This document shows positions 1 to 10,257 of a stretch of 64,000 nucleotides of DNA, piece after piece. The DNA is from an uncultured Christensenella sp. Its GTDB lineage: Bacteria > Bacillota > Clostridia > Christensenellales > UBA1242. The notes beneath the pieces were generated by a model that ran no database searches, was not told where the DNA came from, and was given only the letters and a program-made list of their open reading frames with translations. The stretch's first letter is position 1, and the number at the start of each line of letters is the position of its first letter. Both the position numbers and the translations under genes were made by a program. The stretch is taken from positions 175,126 to 239,125 of the forward strand of contig CAYSUK010000001.1 of NCBI GenBank assembly GCA_964434265.1, in the 5' to 3' direction.

Positions 1-616
1 TGACGAATTGTTTGAGCGATACGCACTACAATCAATAGACGATATGTATGCGACAGTTGGTTATGGCGGCCTTACAAGTAGCCAAATTCTAAACAAGCTT
101 ATTGCAATCGACCGTGAGCACAATGCCGATAAGGAAATAAAAACATACCCAGACAAGGTCCTTAAAGAATATCACGACCAAGGTTCGGTCGTTGTACGTG
201 GTTATTCAAACTTACTCACCAAATTTGCAAAATGTTGTAATCCGCTACCAGGCGACGAAATAATAGGATATATCTCACGCGGTAAGGGTGTAACCATTCA
301 TAGAAAAGATTGCCCAGATGTCATTAGTAATACCGACTACGACCGCTTTATTGAGTGCGAGTGGAACAATTCGAAAAACAGCACATTCGTCGGAAGCATA
401 CTAGTTGTGTGTAAAAACACCGCTGGAGTACTTTCAAACATAACAAAGAAAATTACCGATAGCAAATTAAATATTGAAGGCATTGTATCCCGACAAAATC
501 CAAACAATACTTGTTCGCTTCACATCCAACTTAATGTCAAGGAAAAACAAGAACTTGATGATATTATTGCCAAACTAAACAATTTCTCATTTGTGCTAGA
601 AATATATAGGATATAG
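1..616 (+). CDS. relA: RelA/SpoT-family (p)ppGpp synthetase/hydrolase, C-terminal portion (5' end upstream of window)
   Basis: The frame is open to the window edge, so the TTG at 8 is an ORF-caller artefact. Contains the conserved RelA/SpoT C-terminal block CCNPLPGDEIIGYISRGKGVTIHRKDCP plus an ACT-like tail. Confidence 0.8.
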   Translation, partial: DELFERYALQSIDDMYATVGYGGLTSSQILNKLIAIDREHNADKEIKTYPDKVLKEYHDQGSVVVRGYSNLLTKFAKCCNPLPGDEIIGYISRGKGVTIHRKDCPDVISNTDYDRFIECEWNNSKNSTFVGSILVVCKNTAGVLSNITKKITDSKLNIEGIVSRQNPNNTCSLHIQLNVKEKQELDDIIAKLNNFSFVLEIYRI

Positions 617-627
617 GGGAGAACATA

Positions 628-2058
628 ATGAAAATATGTTGTAATGACCAAAATATTGTTCCCGAACTCATTCAGGTTGTAAAGTTATTTTTTGGCGAAA
701 ATTTTGAAGATGCCAGGCTTGATTTATCAGTCAATTATGAGGTAAAAAATTGCACAATATCCACTACTATTATCTACGGAAAAACTGGCAAAAAGAGTAG
801 ATGTGCAATATTTGAAGACACGCTTACTACTACACAATTATCAAATCAAAACAAATACATCAAGAGATATATAAAATTGCACGTGTATAAGGTACTATCT
901 AAATACACTGGCAAAAAATTGCCTTGGGGTTCGCTTACTGGCATTCGTCCTACAAAACTATTGTACGAACTCCGCGACATACACAATAAAGACTTAAATA
1001 AAGCCACATACGACCTAAAAAAGATTTTTTATGTCACAAAACAAAAGGCAAAAATTGCCCAAGAAATAATACAAAATCAAAACATCGTAAAGGACGATAG
1101 AGTGGTCGATTTTTATATCAATATTCCATTCTGTCCCACACGTTGTAGATATTGTAGCTTTGTAAGTGGCGGAATGAAAGAGTGCGGGCATATGCTTGAG
1201 CCATATCTTGATACGCTTATTTATGATGTCGAGAAATCGCTAGAGTTTTTAAAAGAAAATGGTTATGAAATCAAAACCATTTATATCGGTGGTGGGACAC
1301 CAACAACACTCAGTCCAGCCCAACTTGACAGACTACTCAGTTCGATAAACATAAGTGTCAAAGAATTTACTGTAGAGAGTGGGCGACCAGACACAATAAC
1401 CAAAGAAAAACTTGATGTACTCAAATCGCACAATGTCTCGCGTATATGTATAAATCCCCAAACATTTTGTGACGACACTTTAAGAAAAATCGGTCGAGAC
1501 CACTCAACAACTGACACACTAAATGCATATTCACTTGCTAAAAGTTATGATTTCATAATCAATATGGATTTAATTGCAGGACTCGAAGATGAGAGTTTTG
1601 GCACATTTAAAAATAGTTTGAATACGGCCATTTCACTTAATCCTGACAACATAACTGTTCATACACTTAGTGTTAAAAAAGCATCAAGACTTATCGAAGA
1701 AAAACACCAGTTACAATCGGCAAAACTGGTCGAAAAAATGGTTGACTATTCGTACAAAACATTGTCTCGCCATGGCTACAAACCTTACTACTTGTATCGC
1801 CAAAAGAATATGATAGGTAATCTCGAAAACATCGGTTATTTTAAAGGCGACACAAAATGCATTTTCAATATCGATAGCATGGAAGAGTGTGCGAGCATAT
1901 TCGCGTGTGGTGCTAATGCCATATCCAAACGATATTGGAGTAAGTCTGACCGCATAGAAAGATGGGCAAATGTCAAAAACCTAAACGAATACAATACTCG
2001 TATCGACGAAATGCTTGAGAAGAAGTTTGCGCTGTTTGATACAAAAATAATAAATTAG
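628..2058 (+). CDS. hemZ: radical-SAM HemN/HemZ-family protein (oxygen-independent coproporphyrinogen oxidase-like)
   Basis: Radical-SAM cluster motif FCPTRCRYCSF, the GGGTPT motif and a HemN-like C-terminal region. GGGGAG RBS about 6 nt upstream of the ATG. Confidence 0.65.
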   Translation: MKICCNDQNIVPELIQVVKLFFGENFEDARLDLSVNYEVKNCTISTTIIYGKTGKKSRCAIFEDTLTTTQLSNQNKYIKRYIKLHVYKVLSKYTGKKLPWGSLTGIRPTKLLYELRDIHNKDLNKATYDLKKIFYVTKQKAKIAQEIIQNQNIVKDDRVVDFYINIPFCPTRCRYCSFVSGGMKECGHMLEPYLDTLIYDVEKSLEFLKENGYEIKTIYIGGGTPTTLSPAQLDRLLSSINISVKEFTVESGRPDTITKEKLDVLKSHNVSRICINPQTFCDDTLRKIGRDHSTTDTLNAYSLAKSYDFIINMDLIAGLEDESFGTFKNSLNTAISLNPDNITVHTLSVKKASRLIEEKHQLQSAKLVEKMVDYSYKTLSRHGYKPYYLYRQKNMIGNLENIGYFKGDTKCIFNIDSMEECASIFACGANAISKRYWSKSDRIERWANVKNLNEYNTRIDEMLEKKFALFDTKIIN

Positions 2059-2082
2059 TTGTGTTGTATTGCAAAATAACAC

Positions 2083-2111
2083 TTTACATAAGTAAAAATT
2101 TGTGATAATAT
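2083..2111 (+). promoter_or_regulatory. sigma-A type promoter of rpsO
   Basis: TTTACA (2083-2088), a 17 nt spacer, then TAATAT (2106-2111) with an extended -10 TG (gTGaTAATAT). A leader of ~75 nt precedes the AGGAGG RBS of rpsO. Confidence 0.5.
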
Positions 2112-2190
2112 ATACACGTACCTAAGGCTAGGGGATAAGAGACCTCGACTGTCTGCTTGGTTTTGGGCAAATGAAAATTAGGAGGAAATT

Positions 2191-2454
2191 ATGATAAGCA
2201 AAGAGAAAAAACAATCAGTTATCAAAGAGTATGCTCGTAAAGAAGGCGATACAGGTAGCAGCGAAGTTCAAATCGCAATACTTACTGCACGTATTCAAGA
2301 ACTTACTGAGCACATCAAAGCAAATCCAAACGACTTGCATAGCCGTCGTGGTTTGACCCAACTTGTTAGCAATCGCAAAAAGTTGTTGAAATACTTAGAA
2401 CGTACTGATCTTGAAAAATATCGTGCACTTAAGGCACAACTTAAAATCAGATAA
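2191..2454 (+). CDS. rpsO: 30S ribosomal protein S15
   Basis: 87 aa with a typical S15 sequence ([11 protein letters not shown]..., HSRRGL). Strong AGGAGG RBS, and pnp follows as in most bacteria. Confidence 0.95.
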   Translation: MISKEKKQSVIKEYARKEGDTGSSEVQIAILTARIQELTEHIKANPNDLHSRRGLTQLVSNRKKLLKYLERTDLEKYRALKAQLKIR

Positions 2455-2458
2455 TATT

Positions 2459-2486
2459 AAAGCGAAAGACTCTTTCGCTTTTTTAT
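2459..2486 (+). terminator. rho-independent terminator/attenuator between rpsO and pnp
   Basis: Hairpin AGCGAAAG-actc-TTTCGCT followed by a T6 run. Confidence 0.7.
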
Positions 2487-2508
2487 AATTTATATTAGGA
2501 GAAAAATT

Positions 2509-4614
2509 ATGCAACCAAAACTATTTAATCTAAAACCACAAGTTTTTCATACTACAATCGGTGGCAGAGATGTTGAGGTCGAAGTAGGTAAGTATGCTAT
2601 GAACACAAATGGCCACTGCATGGTTAAGTGTGGTGACACTGTTGTTATGGTAAACACCTGTATGTCTGAGACTCCACGTCCAGGTCAAGACTTCTTCCCA
2701 CTAAGCGTAGACTACGAAGAAAAACTATATTCTGTAGGCAAAATTCCAGGCGGGTTTAAAAAACGTGAAGGTCGTCCAGCAGATAGTGCTATTCTTACAA
2801 GCCGTCTTATTGACCGCCCATTACGTCCACTATTCCCAAAAGGATTTTTCAATGACGTAACAGTCACTGTTACACCACTTAGTGTCGATTATGATACACC
2901 ACCTGAGCCACTTGCTATGTTTGCAAGCTCAGTTGCTCTTACTATTAGCGATATGCCTTTCGGTGGCCCAACTGGTAGTGTTCAAGTAGCCCTTGTAGAC
3001 GGCGAGTATATCATTAATCCAAACACTGACCAAATGGAAAAGAGCCTTATCGACCTTAAAGTTGCCGGAACAAAAGAAGCTATCCTTATGGTTGAGGCCG
3101 GTGCTAAAGAAGTAACCGAAGAACAAATGCTTCAAGGTATCCTATTTGCACATGAAGAAATCAAAAAACAAGTAGCCTTCCAAGAAGAGCTTGCTAATAC
3201 ACTTGGTATCAAAAAACGCGATGATATTGAGTATTACGTAATTCCAGAAGATTTGCAAAAAGACGTAAGAGAGTATGCTTATTCAAAAATGGAAGAGGTT
3301 ATGGCTCACTTTGATCGCCACGAACGTGACGATGCCGAAGCACAAATGAATGCAGATGTACTTGCACATTTCGAAGAGCAATATCCAGAGTCCGAACGTG
3401 AAATTCTTGATACACTTTACAAAATCAAGAAAGAAGTTATGCGTAAAAAGATTATCAATGACGGTGTAAGACCAGATGGCAGAAAACTTGACGAAATTCG
3501 TCCTATCTGGTGCGAAGTAGGCATACTTCCACGTGTTCATGGTAGCGCAGTATTTACCCGTGGCGAAACCCAAGCATTGACTACAGTTACTCTTGGCTCG
3601 CTAAGCGATATGCAAAAACTAGAAGGTCTTGACGAAGAAGACGAAAAACGTTATATGCATCACTACAACTTCCCAGGCTATTCGACAGGCGAAGCAAAAC
3701 CATTAAAATCAGCCGGCAGAAGAGAAATTGGTCACGGCGCATTGGCCGAACGTGCACTTGTTCCTGTACTTCCAAGCGAAGAAGAATTCCCTTATGCAAT
3801 CCGTACTGTAAGCGAAATTCTAAGCAGTAATGGTAGCACAAGCCAAGCAAGTGTATGCGGCAGCACACTATCACTTATGGATGCTGGTGTTCCTATCAAA
3901 GCCCCTGTTGCTGGTGTTGCTATGGGTCTTATTAAAGAAGAAGAGAGCGGTAAAGTCGCTATCCTTACTGATATCCAAGGCCTTGAAGACTTCCTTGGCG
4001 ATATGGACTTTAAGGTTGCTGGTACTGAAAAAGGTATCACAGCTATCCAAATGGATATAAAGATTAAGGGTATTGACGAACACATTCTTCGTGAAGCGCT
4101 CGAACGTGCTAGAGTAGGTCGTCTATTCATTCTTAAAAAGATGACTGACGTGATATCACAACCTCGTCCAGAACTTAGCAAATATGCTCCAAAAATCATT
4201 TCCTTTAATATAAACCCTGACAAAATCAAAGACGTAATTGGAAGCGGTGGCAAAACCATTAACAAAATTATCGACGAGACAGGTGTCAAAATTGACATAA
4301 CCGACGAAGGCATGGTTATGATAGCTAGCGTAGATATGGCTATGATGGAACGTGCAAAAGAAATTATCCTTTCTATCACAGAAGACATCGAAGTAGGCAA
4401 GACATATACAGGTACTGTTGATCGAATCCTACAATTTGGTGCATTTGTAAATCTTGGCTTTAATAAAGAAGGCATGATTCACATATCAAAACTTTCATCA
4501 AAACGTGTCGAGAAAGTCGAAGACGTAGTAAAAATTGGTGATAAAGTAGAAGTAAAATGCATCAAAAACGAAAAAGGTAAAATTGACCTACAACTTCTTG
4601 GTGTATTTAACTAA
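2509..4614 (+). CDS. pnp: polynucleotide phosphorylase (PNPase)
   Basis: 701 aa with two RNase PH-like domains and C-terminal KH and S1 domains (GAFVNLGFNKEGMIHISKLS). Conserved rpsO-pnp synteny. Confidence 0.97.
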   Translation: MQPKLFNLKPQVFHTTIGGRDVEVEVGKYAMNTNGHCMVKCGDTVVMVNTCMSETPRPGQDFFPLSVDYEEKLYSVGKIPGGFKKREGRPADSAILTSRLIDRPLRPLFPKGFFNDVTVTVTPLSVDYDTPPEPLAMFASSVALTISDMPFGGPTGSVQVALVDGEYIINPNTDQMEKSLIDLKVAGTKEAILMVEAGAKEVTEEQMLQGILFAHEEIKKQVAFQEELANTLGIKKRDDIEYYVIPEDLQKDVREYAYSKMEEVMAHFDRHERDDAEAQMNADVLAHFEEQYPESEREILDTLYKIKKEVMRKKIINDGVRPDGRKLDEIRPIWCEVGILPRVHGSAVFTRGETQALTTVTLGSLSDMQKLEGLDEEDEKRYMHHYNFPGYSTGEAKPLKSAGRREIGHGALAERALVPVLPSEEEFPYAIRTVSEILSSNGSTSQASVCGSTLSLMDAGVPIKAPVAGVAMGLIKEEESGKVAILTDIQGLEDFLGDMDFKVAGTEKGITAIQMDIKIKGIDEHILREALERARVGRLFILKKMTDVISQPRPELSKYAPKIISFNINPDKIKDVIGSGGKTINKIIDETGVKIDITDEGMVMIASVDMAMMERAKEIILSITEDIEVGKTYTGTVDRILQFGAFVNLGFNKEGMIHISKLSSKRVEKVEDVVKIGDKVEVKCIKNEKGKIDLQLLGVFN

Positions 4615-4637
4615 TATTAATTATCTGATTTTAGAAA

Positions 4638-4665
4638 AATGACTGCAAATGCAGTCATTTTTTGT
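4638..4665 (+). terminator. rho-independent terminator after pnp
   Basis: Hairpin TGACTGC-aaat-GCAGTCA followed by TTTTTTG. Confidence 0.7.
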
Positions 4666-4694
4666 TATTATATAATAACTAATTTTACCTTTTA

Positions 4695-4724
4695 GTCATA
4701 GATTTTATACAAATATCATACAAT
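4695..4724 (+). promoter_or_regulatory. possible sigma-E (mother cell) type promoter
   Basis: TCATAGA (4696-4702), 14 nt, then CATACAAT (4717-4724). This resembles the Bacillus sigma-E consensus. It lies immediately upstream of the deacetylase ATG at 4730. Confidence 0.3.
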
Positions 4725-4729
4725 TTAAT

Positions 4730-5431
4730 ATGAAAAGAAAATCGGTCACAATTATCACAAATATAATTATAATTTGTATGCTCAGCACACTCATGATGTT
4801 TACACTTTCAGTCAAAACACAATATGCCTTCAATTATGAAAATAACGAAGTAATTTATAACGGAGATAGGGACTCAAATAAAGTTTGCCTTATGATAAAT
4901 GTTTATTGGGGAAACGAGTATCTTGACGGGATACTCGATGTATTTGATGAGTACAATGTCAAAACCACATTTTTTGTCGGCGGAACATGGGCAAATAAGT
5001 ATCCAGAGTTGCTTGTAAAAATTGCCGAACATGGTCATGAGATTGCAAATCATGGATACTTTCATAAGGACCAAGACAAACTCGACTATGATGCAAATTA
5101 TGAAGAAATAAATATGTGCCACAAAATTGTCAAGGCGACAATCGGTGTCGATATGAATCTATTTGCACCTCCAAGCGGGGCATACAACAATGCGACCTTG
5201 CAGGCGAGTACTGCACTAGGTTATCGCACAATAATGTGGACGCTAGATACTATTGATTGGCGAGATAAGGATTCAGACCTTATATATTCTCGTGCTACAA
5301 AAAAAGTAAAAGGCGGAGATTTGATACTTGCACACCCGACTGAAAAAACACTCAAAGCACTCCCACATATTTTGGATTATTATGTCGAACATGACCTTAT
5401 CGCCACAACTGTAACAGATGTTTTGGGCTAA
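4730..5431 (+). CDS. ylxY: NodB-type polysaccharide deacetylase, sporulation-associated (YlxY/PdaB-like)
   Basis: N-terminal TM anchor and NodB-type motifs (TFFVGGTWA, HGHEIANHGYFH). It sits directly after pnp, as ylxY does in Bacillus. Confidence 0.75.
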   Translation: MKRKSVTIITNIIIICMLSTLMMFTLSVKTQYAFNYENNEVIYNGDRDSNKVCLMINVYWGNEYLDGILDVFDEYNVKTTFFVGGTWANKYPELLVKIAEHGHEIANHGYFHKDQDKLDYDANYEEINMCHKIVKATIGVDMNLFAPPSGAYNNATLQASTALGYRTIMWTLDTIDWRDKDSDLIYSRATKKVKGGDLILAHPTEKTLKALPHILDYYVEHDLIATTVTDVLG

Positions 5432-5518
5432 AAATGTTTTAAATATATCGAGTTTTTGTTTCCAGTAAAATATTTTATATGATATAATCATATAAATCTA
5501 TTAGTAAGGAGCAGAACC

Positions 5519-8341
5519 TTGGCTATCTATTCGAGCAAACATAACAAACTAAAGAAAGAAACAATTCAAAAGGTTGGTATTTCTTTCATTGTAATTTTTA
5601 GTGTACTTCTTATAAACCTACTTTTTGGAATTATCCCATTTTTAAACTCCTTTTTCCTTGGATTCTTGGGTTTGTTTTCTTATGCGCTTTTTATCTCGAT
5701 GATTGTACTTGGAATTCTTCTCACAAATAAAAAACAAATCAAAACAAATAAAAAGGATATAGTGCTATATGTGTTATGGCTATTTGTTTTTATGGCGATA
5801 TTACATCTTGCGACATCAATACAACTAGGCGAGTCATACGGCACTTATTTGTCAGCAGTTTATAAATATAAATACACTGCCGGTGGACTATTTATGGGCA
5901 TCTTTGTTTACCCACTATATTCTTTTACTTATGCACTTGCAAGTTATATTCTGTACGCCGTCACACTCACAATATTGTCCGCAATTATTATTGACAGAAT
6001 CATTACTCGTCGCAATCTTAAAAAAGCGACACTATCAAAAACAACTGTTAGTGAAGAAGATGTCATTGATCCAAACTTCGAAGAAGTTGTAGAAAACACT
6101 CCACAAAAACCAAAGTATGACGACGACATCTTTGTGTCAGACGACTATGAAGTAAAAAACGACTTAGTAGAGAAGGTTGTGAAGGATAAAGACAAGGACA
6201 AGGCACGAAAAATCTTAGGGTTGACAGATGAAGATGAGCCCCAATCTACTGCAGAGCCTATTATGACAAATTCAAACAAGTTTGATTATACGACCGCTCA
6301 AAAACTTGGCATTGATAAAAACGACTATATTAAGACTCCATACAATCCATTTGATAATGTCGAGTCCGACTCCCAAAATCGTCGTTCGGTTATGGTGCAT
6401 GATGACGAATTTGATCTTGAAGAAGAAAAACAAGTCGAGCAAAAACCAGTTAAGCCAAAAATGACCGAAGCCCGTAAAAAATCGCTTGATTTCCTAAACG
6501 CGACAAAAGGCGAGTACACACCGCTTGAAAGCGATGTAAAAGAAACTACAGTGCCCGAGTTTGACATCTACGACCAAAACTTTTCAATGGAAGAATATAA
6601 AGGCAATAAGGAAAAATATTCTACAACCAATGACTTTAATTTTAATCTAAATACCGATTTTAATAGAGACCTTGTTGTCGAACCTGAAGAAGAAATAACC
6701 GAACTTTCCTTTGACGATATTGATGCGAAAGAAGTTGATTATAAATCATACTCAGTGCCACAAAATCGACCATACACAATGGAAACCAAAGTTGAAGCCG
6801 TCAAGCCAAAAACGTTTATGCAACAAGTCGACATAAACGAGATAAGTAAGAAGGCAGAAAAACCAAAAAAACTTCCAAAGCCTATGCGATATATTGCACC
6901 GGATTTGTCGCTTCTTAGGGATTACAACACAAACAATTCTATTGACCACGAAGAACTTGCCATTAAGGGCGAGCGACTTGAAAAGACTCTTGAATCCTTC
7001 CGTATTCCAGCCAAAATTTCAAACATAACTGTCGGACCAGCATTCACTCGTTACGAATTGCAAATTCCACTTGGTATCCCTGTAAGCCGTGTAAATTCGT
7101 TTATTCCAAATATTGCTATGTCACTTGAAACAACAGGCAATATACGTACAGAAATACCTATCCCGGGTAAAAACGCATTTGGTATCGAAGTTCCTAATAA
7201 GAAAACAACAACAGTAGGGCTTAGAGATATTTTGGAATCTGACAATTTCCAAAAAAACAAAAGCCCGCTTACTTATGCACTTGGTAAAGATATTGGTGGT
7301 GAGTGTAGAGTTTCGACTATAAACGATGCCACACATATGCTTATCGCTGGTAGTACTGGTAGTGGTAAATCGGTATGTTTAAATGCCATGCTCATAAGTC
7401 TTATCTATAAGTCAAGTCCAGAAGATGTTCGTATTATTCTTGTTGACCCAAAACAAGTTGAGTTCACACTATATAATGGACTTCCACATTTACTTGTTCC
7501 TAAGGTTATTACCGCACCCGATAAGGCGCTTGATGCATTAAGTTGGTGTATAGACGAGATGGAACGTCGTTTCTCATTGTTCTCACAATTTCGAGTAAGA
7601 GACATGAAAGAATACAACAATCTCGAAGAAGTGAAATCTCGACTTCAAGAGAAGTTGCCATACCTTATCATCGTTGTCGATGAGCTTGCCGACCTTATGA
7701 CAAACAACAAGAAGGAGTTTGAAGAAAAAATAAACAAGCTCGCAGCCAAATGCCGTGCAGCTGGTATTCACTTAGTACTTGCTACTCAAAGACCAAGTGT
7801 CGATGTCATCACTGGTACTATTAAAAACAACTTGCCATCACGTATCGCATTTGCAGTATCGTCATTTAATGATAGCCGAACAATTCTTGGCGAAGGTGGG
7901 GCAGAGAACCTACTAGGAAAAGGTGACATGCTCTTTGCCATCCAAGGCAAGCCTATATCGCGTATACAAGGTGCATTTATCACAAACGAAGAAGTAAACG
8001 ACATTATAAACTTTGTTAAAGAAAACAACGAAGCTGACTTTGACGAAGAAATTGAAGAGAAGATGTTTAATCGAAATAATGGCGGAATAGGGTTTGAAGC
8101 AGAACCAACCGCTGAGATGTTTGACCCACTCATGAAAGAAGCGCTAAGAAATGTAATCCGCTCAAACAACGTATCTGCAAGCAAACTCCAACGTATTTTT
8201 GCCATAGGATTTACCCGTGCGGGACGTATTGTTGACCAAATGGAGGCGGCTGGCTTTATATCTGCCAAAGACAGCAAAAACAACCGCACAATCTTTATTA
8301 CCCAACAAGAATTTGAAGAGAAATTTGGAGAAGACCTATAA
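5519..8341 (+). CDS. ftsK: DNA translocase FtsK/SpoIIIE
   Basis: N-terminal polytopic membrane domain, a long acidic linker, and a motor domain with Walker A GSTGSGKS and Walker B LIIVVDELAD. C-terminal gamma-like domain. TTG start 7 nt after AAGGAG. Confidence 0.9.
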   Translation: MAIYSSKHNKLKKETIQKVGISFIVIFSVLLINLLFGIIPFLNSFFLGFLGLFSYALFISMIVLGILLTNKKQIKTNKKDIVLYVLWLFVFMAILHLATSIQLGESYGTYLSAVYKYKYTAGGLFMGIFVYPLYSFTYALASYILYAVTLTILSAIIIDRIITRRNLKKATLSKTTVSEEDVIDPNFEEVVENTPQKPKYDDDIFVSDDYEVKNDLVEKVVKDKDKDKARKILGLTDEDEPQSTAEPIMTNSNKFDYTTAQKLGIDKNDYIKTPYNPFDNVESDSQNRRSVMVHDDEFDLEEEKQVEQKPVKPKMTEARKKSLDFLNATKGEYTPLESDVKETTVPEFDIYDQNFSMEEYKGNKEKYSTTNDFNFNLNTDFNRDLVVEPEEEITELSFDDIDAKEVDYKSYSVPQNRPYTMETKVEAVKPKTFMQQVDINEISKKAEKPKKLPKPMRYIAPDLSLLRDYNTNNSIDHEELAIKGERLEKTLESFRIPAKISNITVGPAFTRYELQIPLGIPVSRVNSFIPNIAMSLETTGNIRTEIPIPGKNAFGIEVPNKKTTTVGLRDILESDNFQKNKSPLTYALGKDIGGECRVSTINDATHMLIAGSTGSGKSVCLNAMLISLIYKSSPEDVRIILVDPKQVEFTLYNGLPHLLVPKVITAPDKALDALSWCIDEMERRFSLFSQFRVRDMKEYNNLEEVKSRLQEKLPYLIIVVDELADLMTNNKKEFEEKINKLAAKCRAAGIHLVLATQRPSVDVITGTIKNNLPSRIAFAVSSFNDSRTILGEGGAENLLGKGDMLFAIQGKPISRIQGAFITNEEVNDIINFVKENNEADFDEEIEEKMFNRNNGGIGFEAEPTAEMFDPLMKEALRNVIRSNNVSASKLQRIFAIGFTRAGRIVDQMEAAGFISAKDSKNNRTIFITQQEFEEKFGEDL

Positions 8342-9654
8342 TGAACTACAAAGATTTACAAAAGAAAAAAATTGGTTTTATATCTCTTGGTTGTGATAAA
8401 AACCGTGTTGACCTTGAAAAAGTGATTGCAAATTTTCGTCAAAACGGTTTTGAAATCGCTCCAGTAGACCAAGCCAATGTTGTTGTTATAAATACATGCT
8501 CGTTTATTGAAGATGCAAGAAAAGAGAGTATAGAGTCTATACTTAACACATCGCTCTTAAAGTATGTAAATGTCGAGAAAATAATTGTAACTGGCTGTAT
8601 AAACAACATGAACTACACCGACCTTAGTTCGAGTCTTCCCGAAGTCGATGCATGGGTGAAGCCTGAAAACAATGCCGACATAATTCATGTTTTGGCATCG
8701 CTATATGACGTGAAAGATATCCCAAACATGTATCAATGCGACACAGACCGATTTTTGTCCACACCAGGGCATTATGCATATCTTAAAATAGCAGAAGGCT
8801 GCAACAATTTTTGCTCGTATTGCACAATTCCATACATTCGTGGAAGATTTAGAAGTACTCCAATCGAAGAGCTGATGACTGAAGCAGAGAAATTGGTCAA
8901 TAGCGGTGTTACTGAACTTATATTGGTTGCGCAGGACGTAACAAAATACGGCGAAGATTTGTATGGTAGCCTGTCACTTGTAAAACTCATAAGACAACTC
9001 AGCACAATACAAAATCTGCAAAAAATTCGTTTGTTATATTGTTATCCTGACCTTATTACTCAAGAACTTATCAACGAGATGGCAGCAAATCCAAAGGTTG
9101 CAAAATATATTGATATTCCGCTCCAACATATCGATGATGTCGTTTTGAAAGCAATGAATAGACGTACAAACAAAGCCCAAATTTGCGACATAATTAATCG
9201 ACTTAGACTTGCTATGCCAGATATAAAAATCCGCACAACATTCATTATCGGATTCCCCGGAGAGAGCGAAGACAGTTTTAATAATTTATGCGACTTTGTA
9301 GAAAAGTACAAACTCGATTACGTAGGATTTTTCAAATACAGTAGGGAAGAAGGTACTCGTGCATACAATATGCCAAACCAAGTTCCTGCCAGTGTCAAAT
9401 CCAAACGTCTTAAAATATTGTCGAATATCCAATACGACATAGTCTCAAAGAAAAACGCATCACTAATAGGTCAAAGCCTTGCATGTGTTGTAGATGAAAT
9501 ACGCGACAATTATGCTATTTGTCGACCTGACAACTGCCCTGATGTCGACAATGTAGTATTTGTCAAAGCAAATGACAAAATCAATGTAGGGCATACATAT
9601 AATGTGGTCATTACAAAGACCAAAAAATACGATCTTATAGGAGAAATAAAATGA
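8341..9654 (+). CDS. rimO: ribosomal protein S12 methylthiotransferase RimO
   Basis: MiaB-like N-domain, radical-SAM CNNFCSYC and a TRAM-like C-terminus. The start overlaps the ftsK stop by 1 nt. Position upstream of pgsA is typical for rimO in Clostridia. Confidence 0.8.
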   Translation: MNYKDLQKKKIGFISLGCDKNRVDLEKVIANFRQNGFEIAPVDQANVVVINTCSFIEDARKESIESILNTSLLKYVNVEKIIVTGCINNMNYTDLSSSLPEVDAWVKPENNADIIHVLASLYDVKDIPNMYQCDTDRFLSTPGHYAYLKIAEGCNNFCSYCTIPYIRGRFRSTPIEELMTEAEKLVNSGVTELILVAQDVTKYGEDLYGSLSLVKLIRQLSTIQNLQKIRLLYCYPDLITQELINEMAANPKVAKYIDIPLQHIDDVVLKAMNRRTNKAQICDIINRLRLAMPDIKIRTTFIIGFPGESEDSFNNLCDFVEKYKLDYVGFFKYSREEGTRAYNMPNQVPASVKSKRLKILSNIQYDIVSKKNASLIGQSLACVVDEIRDNYAICRPDNCPDVDNVVFVKANDKINVGHTYNVVITKTKKYDLIGEIK

Positions 9655-10256
9655 ATTTACCAAATAAAATCACAACAGTAAGAATTGTACTTATTCCATT
9701 TATAGTATTTTTCTACCTAGCCGAATTTTTAAATCCTTACGGCAAAATTGTTGCATTTGCATTGTTTATCATTGCAGCGCTCACCGATAGACTTGACGGT
9801 TATCTTGCCCGCAAACTACATCTAGAAACTACTCTTGGAGTTTTCCTAGACACAAATGCCGACAAACTTCTCACAAATGTCAGCCTATTGCTTGTAGTTT
9901 GTGACGGAACAGTCCCAGCACCATGGGGTGTGCTTGTTGCTATCATATTCGTAGGTCGCGACATTGTTATATCTGCATTAAAACAACTTGCTGCTACTAA
10001 AAACTACGTGTTCCACCCAGACCAACTAGGCAGAGTCAAAGCCGGATTCCAAATGGTTGCAATACCAGCACTAATGCTAGCAAACTTTATCGGAAGAGTA
10101 GTGTCAAATACTACTGTTGTTAAGGTGTTTTACATACTTGGCTGGTCACTTCTAGGCATTGCGACTGCACTAACAGTTATATCTATGATAAACTATCTTG
10201 TAAAAAATCACTCTTTTCTAGCTGAGGACAAACCAGAACAAACAAAAGAAGACTAA
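9651..10256 (+). CDS. pgsA: CDP-diacylglycerol--glycerol-3-phosphate 3-phosphatidyltransferase
   Basis: CDP-alcohol phosphatidyltransferase motif (TDRLDGYLARK...D) and multiple TM helices. pgsA-cinA-recA synteny. Confidence 0.9.
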   Translation: MNLPNKITTVRIVLIPFIVFFYLAEFLNPYGKIVAFALFIIAALTDRLDGYLARKLHLETTLGVFLDTNADKLLTNVSLLLVVCDGTVPAPWGVLVAIIFVGRDIVISALKQLAATKNYVFHPDQLGRVKAGFQMVAIPALMLANFIGRVVSNTTVVKVFYILGWSLLGIATALTVISMINYLVKNHSFLAEDKPEQTKED

Positions 10257-10257
10257 T

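Noticed and set aside
3792-4475. 227-aa minus-strand ORF (with several shorter ones) inside pnp
   Set aside because: It is antisense to a highly conserved gene. It has a low-complexity S/I/L/P-rich translation and no RBS, which is a typical shadow ORF.
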